Below the pieces are notes generated by a model that saw nothing but the letters and a program-made list of their open reading frames with translations, ran no database searches and was not told where the DNA came from. From NCBI RefSeq assembly GCF_009914755.1, contig NC_060941.1: a stretch of DNA of 64,000 nt. The stretch is one strand, 5' to 3'. Source of the stretch: the human T2T-CHM13v2.0 reference genome, Homo sapiens. Shown one piece after another: positions 1 through 14,717 of the stretch (positions are counted from its first letter, which is position 1; each line of letters begins with the position of its first letter). Both the position numbers and the translations under genes were made by a program.

Positions 1-2928
<2,928 letters not shown>

Positions 2929-3260
2929 AGCATTTTCTCTTTGTCACAGTTTGCTCTGTCCAAGTGTGGACAGATCAAGATTTGTAGCCCTGTGACCAAG
3001 GCAGAAAGGGCCTGGTAACACTGGTGGCCAAAGCAGAGGGCCTGGCCAGAGCTGTGGATGGTGGCAAATGAAAGTTCCTCTAGGGAGCTCTGAGTGGTCT
3101 TACCATAGAAGTGTTTGGTGAGGGTGTGCATGTACAGGGAGAAAAAAAGATTAATACTTGGGAAGACATTTATAGCACAAATGTGTCAGAGAAAAATAAG
3201 GGAGTAAAGGAAGAGGAAAGAGGTGGCAAAAAGATGTTGAGTCAAGAGAATAAAGCTTGC

Positions 3261-3837
3261 CTTTCTGTGCCTGGCTTACTTCACTTCATATAATGTCAAG
3301 TTCCATTCATGTTGTTGCAAATGACAGGATCTCATTCTTTTTATGGCTGAATAGTACTCCATTGTGTGTATGTACCATATTTTCTTTATCCATTCATCTG
3401 TTAATGAACACTTAGGTTGTTCCCCAATATTGGATATTGTGAACAGTGCTGCAACAAACATAGGATCTCAAAATCAAAACAATTGAACTCATAGAGATAG
3501 AGAATAGAAGAATGTTTGCCAGAGGCTGGGAAGGGTAGTGTGGGGGTTGGGGGGAGGTAGAAATGGTTAATGGGTACTAAAAAAAAAAAAAAGAATGAAT
3601 AAGACCTACTATTCACAAGAGGTTGACTATAGTCAACAATGATTTAATTGTACATTTAAAAATAACTAAAAGAGTATAATTGGATTGTTTGTAACACAAA
3701 GGATAAATGCTTGAGGGAATGAATATTCGATTCTCCATGATTATTACATGATTGCATGATTACTACACATTTCTTGCCTGTATCAAAGTATCTCATGTAC
3801 CTTATAAATATATACACCTACTATGTACCCACACAAA
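3261..3837 (+). mobile_element. L1MA1-3-like 3' end with 5' inversion (3261-3462 minus, 3463-3837 plus)
   Basis: Minus part encodes ORF2 end (ORF 3276..3461 MFVAALFTI...DEWIKKIW); plus part is L1MA 3'UTR; agcttgc at 3254-3260 and 3891-3897 is a probable TSD remnant. Confidence 0.8.
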
Positions 3838-3878
3838 TAGATAGATAGATAGATAGATAGATAGATGATAGATAGATA
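3837..3878. repeat. Compound (GATA)n STR at the L1 tail
   Basis: atag run 3837-3866, GAT interruption, then (gata)3. Confidence 0.95.
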
Positions 3879-3929
3879 AAAGAACAGAAGAGCTTGCAAA
3901 TTGCAAAGAAAAAGAAGAAAGACTTTTAA

Positions 3930-4080
3930 GTAGAAGGGTGTGGTGAAGGAAGATGAGAACAGAGAAATCGCCTTGAGATTTATTTAGAGTGAGGTCGCTG
4001 ATGACCTTGGAAAGGACAGTGTTAGTGGAGTGTTGGGGGATGGAAGCCAGAGAGCACAGTGTGAGAAGGGAGTTCTGAAA
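3930..4080 (-). mobile_element. L2 fragment
   Basis: gaggtcgctgatgaccttgg is the reverse complement of the L2 RT KVTNDL-like motif. Confidence 0.6.
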
Positions 4081-5669
4081 AAGTGGGAAAGTCAGAGCAG
4101 TACATTTGGGTTGAAAGATCTTTAAATCTTCTGATGGCCTATGAACGATGCCAAAGGCAAAAATTCTTGCCTGCCATGAAACTGTTGGACGACGTGTTCT
4201 TTTTTCAGATTGCTGTTCTCAGAAAGCCCAGGGCAATCAGATCTCAGCCAGATGTGTTGAGGGTCAGGACTGAGATCAACATCTTGGGAGGTGAGGTTGA
4301 GGGAACAGGGGTGTTGTGTGCTAACACTCTTGGCAGTGTGAGTGGGCAGGAGTCCATCCTCAGGGATGGTCCTTCTTGGCCTGCCCCACTGTTATTGTTA
4401 ACTTCTCATTTCCAGGAGTACTCAATCTATAACAAAGTATTAAAACTGGTGTTGGAATATGATCTAATTAATTCATTTTTGCTTTATCTGAATATAATGT
4501 TAGAAGAAATCTTGGCTTTGAACTTTTACCTCTTGGGCTGTGTCATGGTACCAGGACAGCACACTGAAATTTAGAAGGGCTGAGCCTACACTGGACACAA
4601 AGGCCTGGTGGGGAAGGTAGGCATCAGTGCGAATTAGGTTTACTAGCAGGACTTGGGCCATAGATGCAGTCAATGCAGATTTGGGTTATAGCTGGGACAG
4701 GTAGGAATCAACTATTCTGGCCAGGGATGCTGTGGATGAAAAAGCTACCTGGAAATTTTCATTAATAACAACACAGGGAGCATGTTGCTCAGACACTGGG
4801 TAAGAGCTAAGTGGTATCTTTAATCTGTAAGCAGCCTAGGTTTTCATGGCTAATTCTGTCCTAGGTGCAGAGGGCACTCTCTCTCCTCCACCCAGAATTA
4901 ATGACTGTATTTGTTCTTTTGGTAAAGTTAGCGTATCTTGGGGTTCTCAAGTACTTTGCCAGATAAGTAGGGCTCATCTTCCCAGAGTCCCCAGTTTTCT
5001 GTTCATTGAAATCTTCCTTCTCTGGAGAACCATATGACATTTGAAAAAGTCATGAAAGGTAAACAGAGAGATCTCCATCTTGGGTTTTGATAATATCCTG
5101 ATCTTAGTTCTGGTAGAGTAGCAGTGAGGGAATTCTTACAAATGTCAGTCATATGAAAGATTCCAGGCCTGATTTTTGAACCCTGTGCCTTCTAGTATAT
5201 CTTAAATATTTCTTCCATAGTCTGGTATCTTGAATAAGATAGACATTATGCTTTTCGACTTTGCTGATGTGATCCAGGTCTCATGCTTGAGTATAATACT
5301 AAATCGAGCTCAGAATAATAATTAAATGTTGAGTATACACATGACTTATAATTTTAAGTTACAGGAATCAAGGGGTTGACCCATCTTTTCTTGGAAGAGT
5401 AAGGGAGGCAGCCATTCTCAAATGGTTTCTTTCTGTTTTGTAAATACCCTTTTTCCCTTGAAAGAAAATTTATCTGTTGGTCCGGACTGCACAGCTAGTG
5501 CTGGGAATCATAAGTAGACAAAGGAAGAATCTTTCAAATGTGGAAATAAAATGATGGCCCCAAACTGGTTATCTCAGATTTCTTAGATATTAAAGATAAC
5601 CAGAAAAAATAGGAGTTTGTGCATTAGGGGAAAGCCTGTAAACTTGAGTGGTTTTCCCATAACACAAAT

Positions 5670-5870
5670 GATAATAAACTATATTTATTTAGTACTTACT
5701 ATGTGTCTCATACTAAGGACATTAAGTGCCATTGTTTCCTACAACATTATCATCCTATTTTCCAGACAAATCAAATGGAGCTAGAAACCTAACAGATATC
5801 ATAACGCTAAGAAGTAGAGAGCAGGAGTTAAACTTAGATCTTTCTGTTCTCAGCTCTTCTGTTCTTTCCA
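5670..5870 (-). mobile_element. MIR
   Basis: Antisense MIR pattern tacttactatgtgtc...cctattttccagac...tctgttctttcca. Confidence 0.6.
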
Positions 5871-5974
5871 ATGTAAAGCACCTCTGGAAAGGAGATTTAC
5901 TTTGTGTGGAAAAGAAAACTTCTTAAAATGGAAATAGGGTAAAACCTAGGAGTGGCTATTGGTAAAGTTTTATT

Positions 5975-6070
5975 AGAGGTAAAGGGAACTTCAAAGGCAA
6001 TGTGATTCTATCTTCTAACTTTTTAATTGAGGAAGCTGTGACCCAGAGATGGTGACTTGCTTGTGGTCCT
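5975..6070 (-). mobile_element. MIR core fragment
   Basis: tgaggaagctgtgacccagagatggtgacttgc. Confidence 0.55.
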
Positions 6071-6553
6071 GAAGAAGGTCTACTGTCTCCAGCATTGTGA
6101 AAGGATGACTCTTGTCTGCCAGTTGCTGGCCAGCCTAGGCAAAATCTTCTCCAGCAACTTCAGATCCCCAGCTGGGCTGTCCCTGAGACTCCCCAACCTT
6201 CATATGGTGTTTCAAATTTCAAGCCACCTGAAATGACAAAGAAACAAGAATTTGAGGCACACCTGGGCAGTAAGATAAGAACGAGCAACTAGATGTCCTG
6301 TGTGTCTATGCAATTCTGGCCAAGTGTGCATACTCTCAGGAAGAACCTATAGTTGAGATCAGAACAACAGTTGGCAAATGGGAACTCTCCTTAAGGTAAA
6401 AGGGTTCCTGATTTAAAGATTTTGTCTATCCCTTTGCAAAGTCAGAGAGGCCCCCTATAATGAGAAAACATTGCTCCAAGAAGGTATGGCTGCAACTTGT
6501 AGAAAGTATCCAGGGTCACATATAGACTGTAAGTACCTAATTATCCTCTAGAC

Positions 6554-6749
6554 CTGTGCAGCCCAAGATAAGTGTCATCAATTAAAATTAAATGGATATC
6601 AATTAGAATTAAATCTAATTAAAATTCAATTGTGTTGCAATAGTCACCTTTCAAGTGTTCAACAACCACATGTAGCTAGTGGCTATCATTTTAGATAGGA
6701 CAGAAGTAGAATATTATGATCATCACAGAAAATTTTATTAACAGTGATT
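6554..6749. mobile_element. MER3-like hAT-Charlie MITE
   Basis: ccacatgtagctagtggcta core; 8-bp TSD ctctagac (6546-6553) / ctctagtc (6750-6757). Confidence 0.8.
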
Positions 6750-6799
6750 CTCTAGTCTGTGCAAATGTTCATGACTAGAAGTGAGACTTTATTCAAGAA

Positions 6800-7200
6800 G
6801 AGTCTTCTTTGAGAAAAGCTTCATAGAGGAGGTGGCAACTGAGATGACTTGCAAAACAATTCAAAATTAGTCATGTAAATGTTGGGGTGAATTATGGCAA
6901 GAGTCAGAAACTGGGAAAAGCATCCTAGACCAGGACATTGAAATTGCCTTGTAGAGTTTTAGTAATTTTGCAACTCTGAAGGGTAAGATGCATGAAGAAC
7001 CATGATAGGAAATATGACTAAATAGATGACCTGGTGATTTACTAAAGAACCTTGCATATTGTTATAAGGAGTTTGAATTTTCATCCTAAGCATGAAGGGG
7101 AATTATTCAAGGATTCTCTGTAGAGATAGCTTGGAAATGGCTTGGCCAAATTTTGCAAAAATTACTGTTGAAAATGAGTGAGAATTAGAATGAAAGGGGA
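6800..7200 (-). mobile_element. L2 fragment
   Basis: agcttcatagaggaggtggc and taaggagtttgaattttcatcctaag antisense L2 motifs. Confidence 0.55.
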
Positions 7201-7242
7201 TATTTTGGGAGAAAATAAAGAAAATAGTAGGCTGAAAAGCTA

Positions 7243-7570
7243 TTGCATTTACCCCCATGTTTATTGCAGCACTGTTCACAATAGCAAAGATATAGAATCA
7301 ACAAAGGTGTTCATCAAAGATGATTGCACAAAGAAAATGTGATATATATTATATATATAGCCAATATATACTATTCACAGCCAATAGAATACTATTTGGC
7401 CATAAAAAAGAATGAAATCTTATCATTTACAGCAACACAGATGGAACTGGACATTATTACTTTGAGTAAAATAAGCCAGATGTAGGAAGGCAAATATTGC
7501 ATATTCTCACTCATATGTGGGAGCTTAAAAAATTGATCTCATGGAGGTAGAGAGTATAATAATAGTTATT
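7243..7570 (+). mobile_element. L1MA-type ORF2 end / 3'UTR fragment
   Basis: catgtttattgcagcactgttcacaatagc...ctcactcatatgtgggagct. Confidence 0.8.
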
Positions 7571-7958
7571 CCTGCAGGGATCTCCATAAGCAATTTCTTA
7601 GGCTTATTACCATGGGTAACCAATTTAGGAACATTTATACCAAACACTCACATCTTCATTGACACAGAAGGAAGACTTGTAGAGAGTCTGAAAGAATATA
7701 TTTTCTCAAGCCATGTATCTGACCAATATGAAGCTTCAGCCGCTTGGCTATTCCAAAATTAAGTGATAAAGAGATGAGTAACCTGTTTTGCAATTATACA
7801 GGCAGTAGGAAAAATAGAAAATAAAACAAGACATAAGTAACCTGATTTTTGTCATCAAGATGTTAACCAAGAACTGTCAAAACATGCTTGTGTAACATTA
7901 TAATAATTAGAAATAACAAAAACATGATAATTGCCTGAATATCTGATATATTTGCTAT

Positions 7959-8329
7959 TGTGTTAGTTCTCATTCTGCTAGTAAAGGTATACCTGAGACT
8001 GGGTAATTTATAAAAGAAAGAGGTTTAATTGACTCACAATTCAGCATGGCTGAGGAGGCCTCAGGAAACTTACAATCATTGTGGAGGGGGAAGCAAACAC
8101 GTCCTTCTTCACAGGGCAGCAGGAAGGAGAATGAGTGCTCAGGAAAGGGGGAGGCTCCTTATAAAACTATCAGATCTTGTGAGAACTAACTCACTATCAT
8201 GAGAACAGGGTGGGGGAAACCACCCCCAAGATTCAGTTATCTCCATCTGGTTCCTCCCAAGACACATGGGAATTATGGGAACTGCCATTCTAGATGAGGT
8301 TTGGGTGATGACACAGCCAAACCATATCA
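7959..8329 (-). mobile_element. THE1D-like MaLR solo LTR
   Basis: Ends tgtgttag...ccaaaccatatca; TSD gctat/gttat. Confidence 0.85.
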
Positions 8330-8740
8330 GTTATTATTATTTTTTCACTATGTATGGGAGACCAGACACTGTGCTAAACTCTAAAGTGCTTTATACATTT
8401 ATTTTCTAAGTATTATTAGCTCTATAAAAAATGGAGAAAGCTGAGAAAGAAAGGGCAAAATCATACTTAATTTATCCATGTATTCAGTAAAGGAAAAACC
8501 CAGGCTCTGAATACCAGCTGCCTCACCCCAAAGCACTTGTGTGTGACTTCTACATTCTTCATAATTTCATGTACTCCTCATGAGAATCCTGAAGATAAGT
8601 ATCATTAGAACCACTTTGCAACTCATGAACCAAAGCTCTGATAAGTTAAATAAATTGTCCAGTATCACACAGCTCATAAATAGCCAAACTGACTTTCCAA
8701 TTTAGGTCATTGATTCAAGGTCCTTTCTCTTTCCACTGTT
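8330..8740 (-). mobile_element. Two adjacent MIR remnants
   Basis: ccagacactgtgctaaac; ttaaataaattgtccagtatcacacagct. Confidence 0.55.
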
Positions 8741-9526
8741 TTCCTGGCTTCTAGTGTTTCATCCTCATGAACTGTCATAGACTTTATTGATAGTGAGGAA
8801 AATTAGAGAAATCCAAGGCTGGTCAGGACCCAGAAGGTGATCACATCCTTCTCCCTGGTACCTGGCAAGACAGAAACTCTACCTGCTCGGTATCAAGCTG
8901 AAGAGGGTTCTTTGATAAATAGCGTTGATATTACTACATTATAATAGTCTTACATGCTTACTGAAGAAAAGCTGGAGAATAGAAAAATAACTTCAAATAT
9001 GCAAATTTTTATTTATTAATATTCTTCTTAAAAAGGAAATATATCTTTTTGCTTATAGCCCTTCTCATATAAAATGACATTTCCCATATCTTTAAGTATT
9101 TTTCTACATTATGATTTTAAAAACAGCTTTGAGTACCATTGAATGATAAACCATAATGTATTGAAGCAATTTGGATTTTTGCCAATTATGTTATCATCCT
9201 TGGCTAATGGCTATGATTATTTCCTTATGATCAACTCCAACAAATTGAATTCCGAGTCAGGGGCAGTAGAATTTTAATTTTTTTGATATATAGTGCCACA
9301 TTGCCTTTCAAAAAACATGTGCCAGTTGGTGCTCCTACCAATAGAGTGTGAATGTATTCATTTTCTGTATTCTTGCCAATTCAATTGGCAAAAAATGGCG
9401 TCTCTTTGCTGTTTTAAAGATTTTGGTTTCAACTGTGGTAGACTGAATCATACTTCCCCCACCTTTCCCCCCGCCAAAAAAACTGCTTATGTCCTGATCT
9501 CTGGAACTTGTGAATATGTTACTTTA

Positions 9527-10687
9527 ACGACCAGTGATGATGAGCTTTTTTCATATGTTTGTTGGCTGCATAAATGTCTTCTGAGAAATGTCTGCTCATA
9601 TCCTTTGCCCACTTTTTGATGGAGTTGCTTGTTTTTTTCTTGTAAGTTATTTAAGTTCCTTGTAGATTCTGGATATTAGCGCTTTGTCAGATGGATAGAT
9701 TGCAAAAAGTTTCCCCATTCTGTATGTTGCCTGTTCACTCTGATGGTAGTTTCTTCTGCTGTGCAGAAGCTCTTTAGTTTAATTAGATCTCCTTTGTCAA
9801 TTTTGGCTTTTGTTGCCATTACTTTTGGTGTTTTAGTCATGAAGTCTTTGCTCATGCCTATGTCCTGAATGGTATTGCCTAGGTTTTCTTCTAGGGTTTT
9901 GATGGTTTTAGGTCTTATGTTTGAGTCTTTAATCCATTTTGAGTTATTTTTTGTATAAGGTGTAAGGAAGGGGTCCAGTTTCAGTTTTCTGCATATGGCT
10001 AGCCAGTTTTCCCAACACCACTTATAAATTAGTGAATTCTTTCCCTATTGCTTGTTTTTATCAGGTTTGTCAAAGATCAGATAGTTATAGATGTGTGGCG
10101 TTATTTCGGAGGCCTCTGTTCTGTTCCATTGGTCTATATATCTGTTTTAGTATCAGTACCATGCAGTTTTGGTTACTGTAGGATTATAAATCATTCTACT
10201 ATAAAGACCCATGCACACATACGTTTATTGCAGCACTATTCACAATAGCAAAGACTTGGAACCAACCCAAATGCCCATGAATAATAGACTGGATAAAGAA
10301 AATGTGGCACACATATACCATGGAATACTATGCAGCCATAAAAAAGATGAGTTCATGTCCTTTGCAGGAATGTGGATGAATCTGGAAACCATCATCCTCA
10401 GCAAACTAACACATGAGCAGAAAACCAAGCACTGCATGTTCTCACTCATAAGTGGGAGTTGAACAATGAGAACACATGAACACAGGGAGGGGAACATCAC
10501 ACACTAGGGCCTGTCAGGGGGTGGGGGACTAGGGGAGGGATAGCATGAGGAGAAATACCTAGTGTAGATGACGGGCTGATGGGTGCAGCAAACCACCATG
10601 GCACGTGTATACCTATGTAACAAACCTGCATTTTCTGCACATGTATCCCAGAGCTTGAAGTATAATAATAATAATAATAATAATAAA
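9527..10687 (+). mobile_element. L1PA7-like insertion with 5' inversion (9527-10180 minus, 10181-10687 plus) and (TAA)n tail
   Basis: Perfect 15-bp TSD gaatatgttacttta at 9512-9526 and 10688-10702; 3'UTR gggactaggggagggatagc...aaaccaccatggcacg. Confidence 0.92.
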
Positions 10688-10995
10688 GAATATGTTACTT
10701 TATATAGTAAAAAGGAATTTATAGATGTGATTGAATTAAGGATTTTGAGATGGGAAGGTTATCCTGGATTACCCTGTTGGGGCCAGTGTAATTCTAGAGT
10801 CCTTATAAGGGGAAAAGAGGAGGGCAAGAGTTATAGAAAGAAGATGTGAGGATGGAAGCAGAGGTCAGAGGTGAGAGAAGATACTATGCTGTTGCAATTG
10901 GAGGAAGGGGCCATGAACCAATAAATGTGGGCATCCTCTAGAAGCTGGAAAAGGCCAGCCACAGATTCCCAAAGAACCTCCAGAAGGAACACATC

Positions 10996-11358
10996 TTTAT
11001 TAGTCCATTTTCATGCTTCTAATAAAGGCTTACCCAAGATTGGGTAATTTATACAGGAAAAGGCTTTAATGGACTCACAGTTCCAGATGGCTAGAGAGGC
11101 CTCACAACCATTGTGGAAGGCAAGGAAGAGCAAGTCTTTTCTCTTTGCAGTAGGCAAAGAGAGAGCTTGTGCAGGGAAACTCCCCCTTGTAAAACCGTCA
11201 AATCTCATGAGACTTATTCACTATCATGAGAACAGCATGGGAAAGACCTGCCCCAATGATTCAGTTACCTCCCGCTGGGTCCCTCCCACAACACATGGGA
11301 ATTATGGAAGCTACAATTCAAGATGAGATTTGGGGAGGGAAAAGGCAAAACCATATCA
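10996..11358 (-). mobile_element. THE1B-like solo LTR inside MLT1D
   Basis: tattagtccattttcatgc...gcagggaaactccccctt...aaaccatatca. Confidence 0.85.
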
Positions 11359-11664
11359 ACACTCTTGCAGACCCATTTTAGATTCTCACTTCCAGAACTC
11401 TAAGATAATATATTTATGCTTTTTGAATCCACTGTTTTGTGGTAACTTGCTCCAGCCTTCTTTCTTCTTTTCATATTTGCTTTCCCCTTCACCCTTAGCT
11501 TATTTTTTTCTATTGCTGAACTTTTTACCTATGGCTTTTTAAAGGCTCTTTATAAATTAAGAATATTAACCATTCTTCAGTCACATGTTGCCAATATTTT
11601 CTCCAATTGTTTGTCTTATAAATTTTTTTTCAGTCTTTTGTGTGTAGTCTTTTTTTTCCCCCAT

Positions 11665-11905
11665 AGGATATAGTAATGAGAATCATTATAACCTGTAGTA
11701 TCAGAAAGTTCTGGACTTGAGTTTCAGCTCTAATTTTAGACAAGTTGTTTTACCTCCCTGAGCTTTAACTTTCCTATATGGACATTTGGAAAATAGTAAT
11801 ATCAGCCTTATAAAGATAATTGTAATGATTAAATGAAATAATGCATGTACATAATTATCATTGTATCTCATATTTAGTAAGTAATCAATACATATTAGAT
11901 ATTCA
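11665..11905 (+). mobile_element. MIR
   Basis: gacaagttgttttacctccctgagc...gattaaatgaaataatgcatgt. Confidence 0.65.
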
Positions 11906-11952
11906 TTTTACATTATTTTCTTGTCATCTTTTATTTTCTGGTTTCTTCCCCT

Positions 11953-12448
11953 TGAAATTAATTTTTTATCTACATAAGAGTACATGTTTACAAGGTACAT
12001 GTGGTATTTTGATGCAAGCATACAATGTATCATGATCCAGTCAGAGTGATTGGGCTATCCATCACCTCAAACATTTATCATTTCTTTGTGTTGGGAACAC
12101 TCCAAAACTTGTCCTCTAGCTATATGGAAATACACAATACATTATTGATAAATATAGTTGTCCTACTATGCTATTAAACACCAGAACTTATTCCTTCTAT
12201 GTAATTGCATGTACTGATTAACCAACCTTTCTTCATCCGTATCTCCCACATACCCTTGTCAGCCTCTGGTGATCACCATTCTACTCATTGTCTCCATGAG
12301 ATCTACATTTTTAGCTCCTACATATGAGTGAGAACGTGTAGTATTTGTCTTTCTGCACCTGGCTTATTTCACTCATGATAATGTCCTTAATTTCCATCCA
12401 TGACACTGCAAATGACAAGATTTCATTCTTTCTTATTGCTGACTAATA
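11953..12448 (-). mobile_element. L1MA4-like 3' end, 5'-truncated
   Basis: ccatcacctcaaacatttatcatttctttgtgttgggaac; TSD tggtttcttcccct (11939-11952) / tggtttctttctct (12449-12462). Confidence 0.8.
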
Positions 12449-13647
12449 TGGTTTCTTTCTCTGCTAAAGGACCTGGGGTAAGAAGCTTTCCATTTTATCT
12501 TGGATCCATTCAATGGTTCCAAATTTCATGTATTTAGAAGCTTGCCTTTTTCAGTCTAAATCAAATTATTCCCAGCCCTAATTACTGCCATTTTCTTGTC
12601 TCAGACATTAAAGGAGAATAGCAAGTCACCCTTATTTTCATTCTGACCCATGATGAGCTTGATGGCTTGTCATTATAGTTAGCTGGGAAGCCTGGTTGCT
12701 GATGGACGCTTTGCTCTTTCACTCTTGAATTGGTGGATAAGGAAGAAAGAGGCGAAAGTTTGTCTTTCCCCATCATTCTCTCAACTGATTCTGGAGAAGA
12801 TCATTTCCATTTTGATCTCAGTAATGGCAGGTGATGAAACTGCCAATAAGTTCCAGGTTTATCTAACAGCTGGGTCAAAGGTAACATGTGTATAAATGTG
12901 AGCTCTCATCCAAGCTTTTTTGCAAAATAAAACTGTCTGGAAGTCAAACATCTGTTAAAAGAACGCAGAATTCTAGGCAAAATATATCCAGAAGCAACTT
13001 GTATAACCTGCTAGTGCTAGTGCTTTTTGTTCTCATGATTTTTTCAAATGTGTTTGCTTTTTGAAGTGGTGGGGGTGGGTAGACAAAAGTAGAAATGTCT
13101 TTTTAAAATACTCCAAGTACGTTGGGTTTTCTTCTCTTGGATTTTGGATCAACATTGATTTGGCAGAATTTGGAAGCAGATTTCTTTTTTTCCTAAGAGG
13201 GAAAGAACCCTAGTCCAAAGTGTTTTATTTCCTCTATCAGCAGAATTCTGAGGTCATTATGACAGAAAATGACAATTTGGTTCAGAAGGGAGCAGATGAT
13301 TTTTTCTTGTTGTTCAAAGTTCTAACTATCTGATTACTTGCTCTGTGATTGCAGGGATGCTTCTATTCTCTGTCCTAGTGTCAGAATTCTCACAAATGAA
13401 AAAAACCAAACAAACACAAAGAGGATTATAAATGGGTTCGCTTATACCTACTGTCCCTTTGATTTGAAGTGATAATAATTATTACTTCATCTCAAATCAT
13501 CTCTTTAGGAGCGTCTATTGAATGTCTAATATCCCAAAAGTTGTCAGTATAAAAGAGAAAATAAAGCAGATTACTCTTTGACATCACAGTACTTGGTATG
13601 CTGTGTGTTTAGCAGGCAAGAGCAACCCTGGCCATCTACATGCTCTG

Positions 13648-13689
13648 GAAGATATTCCAGATGATATTACATGCATCTGGAATATCTTC
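13648..13689. repeat. Perfect 16-bp inverted repeat with 10-nt spacer
   Basis: gaagatattccagatg (13648-13663) / catctggaatatcttc (13674-13689). Confidence 0.95.
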
Positions 13690-14665
13690 TCTACTCAATT
13701 GCTTAGAATGTACTTGGTAAACCATCCTACTGAACTAGCATGTTATTCCATTTGAATGCTTTTCATTAGCCCAGAATCCCAATTGTCCAGCACTCCCTCC
13801 CTTCTCCTGATCCAATAGAGATACTAAGCTTTTCCATTATATGTCACCTCCTTCTCCCCAAGGAGTGCTGCCTTCTCACAGGGCCACTTCTGATCTTACA
13901 CATTCTCAAGTGTTCTTCCTTTAGAAGCTGCAGTGCCAGAATTCTGATTCCTCGGGTGTCAGAACTGTTCTCTGTTTTCCCACTCAGGACTGGTTCCTCT
14001 CTTTCTGTGAGTGACATTGTCTGGTTTCTTTCGCCACTTGAACCCTATTACACTTTCTTCTTTATTACATAGCCCTCACCTGATTCTTTGCTCGGGCATG
14101 ACTCCAGATCTTTCACCACTGGTCTCAATGGATATTTATCTACTTATATGAACATCAGAGTCAGTAGCATTTCTGTTTTATCGTTATGCTAGAGGCATGA
14201 ACTATGGTAGATTTTAGTTACTCTGCTTGCTGACCTACCTGGTGTTTTGTGGATGTACAGAGAGATTTGAATTTAGGTATACACTGTTATCATGGAGTAT
14301 GGTCTTAATTGATTAAAATAAAACAGGATCTCTCCTTTGCTACCATTAAACCAGGACACCTCACCATACCCATTTTACAAATCTTACAAAGATCCTTATA
14401 TAGATTGCATGCAAATGTTTTAGTCCTGCAACCTGGTTTATAGATCTGAGGTGCATTGCCCACATATCCAGTTATAAGGAGAAAAACAAATCAGCATTAA
14501 TATGGAGGTTCTCCTCTCCCCTAGCCCTACAAAAGTTCTTGAATAACTTATGGCTCTATAAAAAGCTTCTTGAAAGTTTTGATGGTGCTAAGACTCTACA
14601 ACCAATAACATCCTGAGACCCAGGCAAAAGGTTTCTTCTGAGCTTTGAACTTTAGAGGGTCCTAC

Positions 14666-14668
<3 letters not shown>

Positions 14669-14712
<44 letters not shown>
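14669..14712. repeat. (AC)22 microsatellite
   Basis: Uninterrupted AC run, counted directly. Confidence 0.97.

Positions 14713-14717
<5 letters not shown>

Larger units (their letters stand above)
9434..11456 (+). mobile_element. MLT1D-like LTR in three pieces (9434-9526, 10688-10995, 11359-11456)
   Basis: tgtggtagactgaat start; ggaacttgtgaatatgttac; ttatcctggattaccc; ctagaagctggaaaaggc. Confidence 0.8.
9100..11640 (-). mobile_element. Old L1ME-type remnant (pieces ~9100-9430 and ~11460-11640) split by MLT1D
   Basis: ccacattgcctttcaaaaa...ctcctaccaatagagtgtga; resumes aagaatattaaccattct...gttgccaatattttctcc. Confidence 0.55.

Noticed and set aside
4083-4574. 163-aa ORF in unique sequence
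   Set aside because: GTG start, no recognisable domain; only an internal 82-nt exon-like segment was kept as a candidate
8860-8992. Minus-strand acceptor gttatttttctattctccag with several possible donors
   Set aside because: Donor ambiguous and no link to other candidate exons; single motifs like this are common by chance
12585-12831. ctgccatt ... aatggcag inverted ends ~240 bp apart
   Set aside because: Only 8 bp with no TSD; expected by chance in 64 kb
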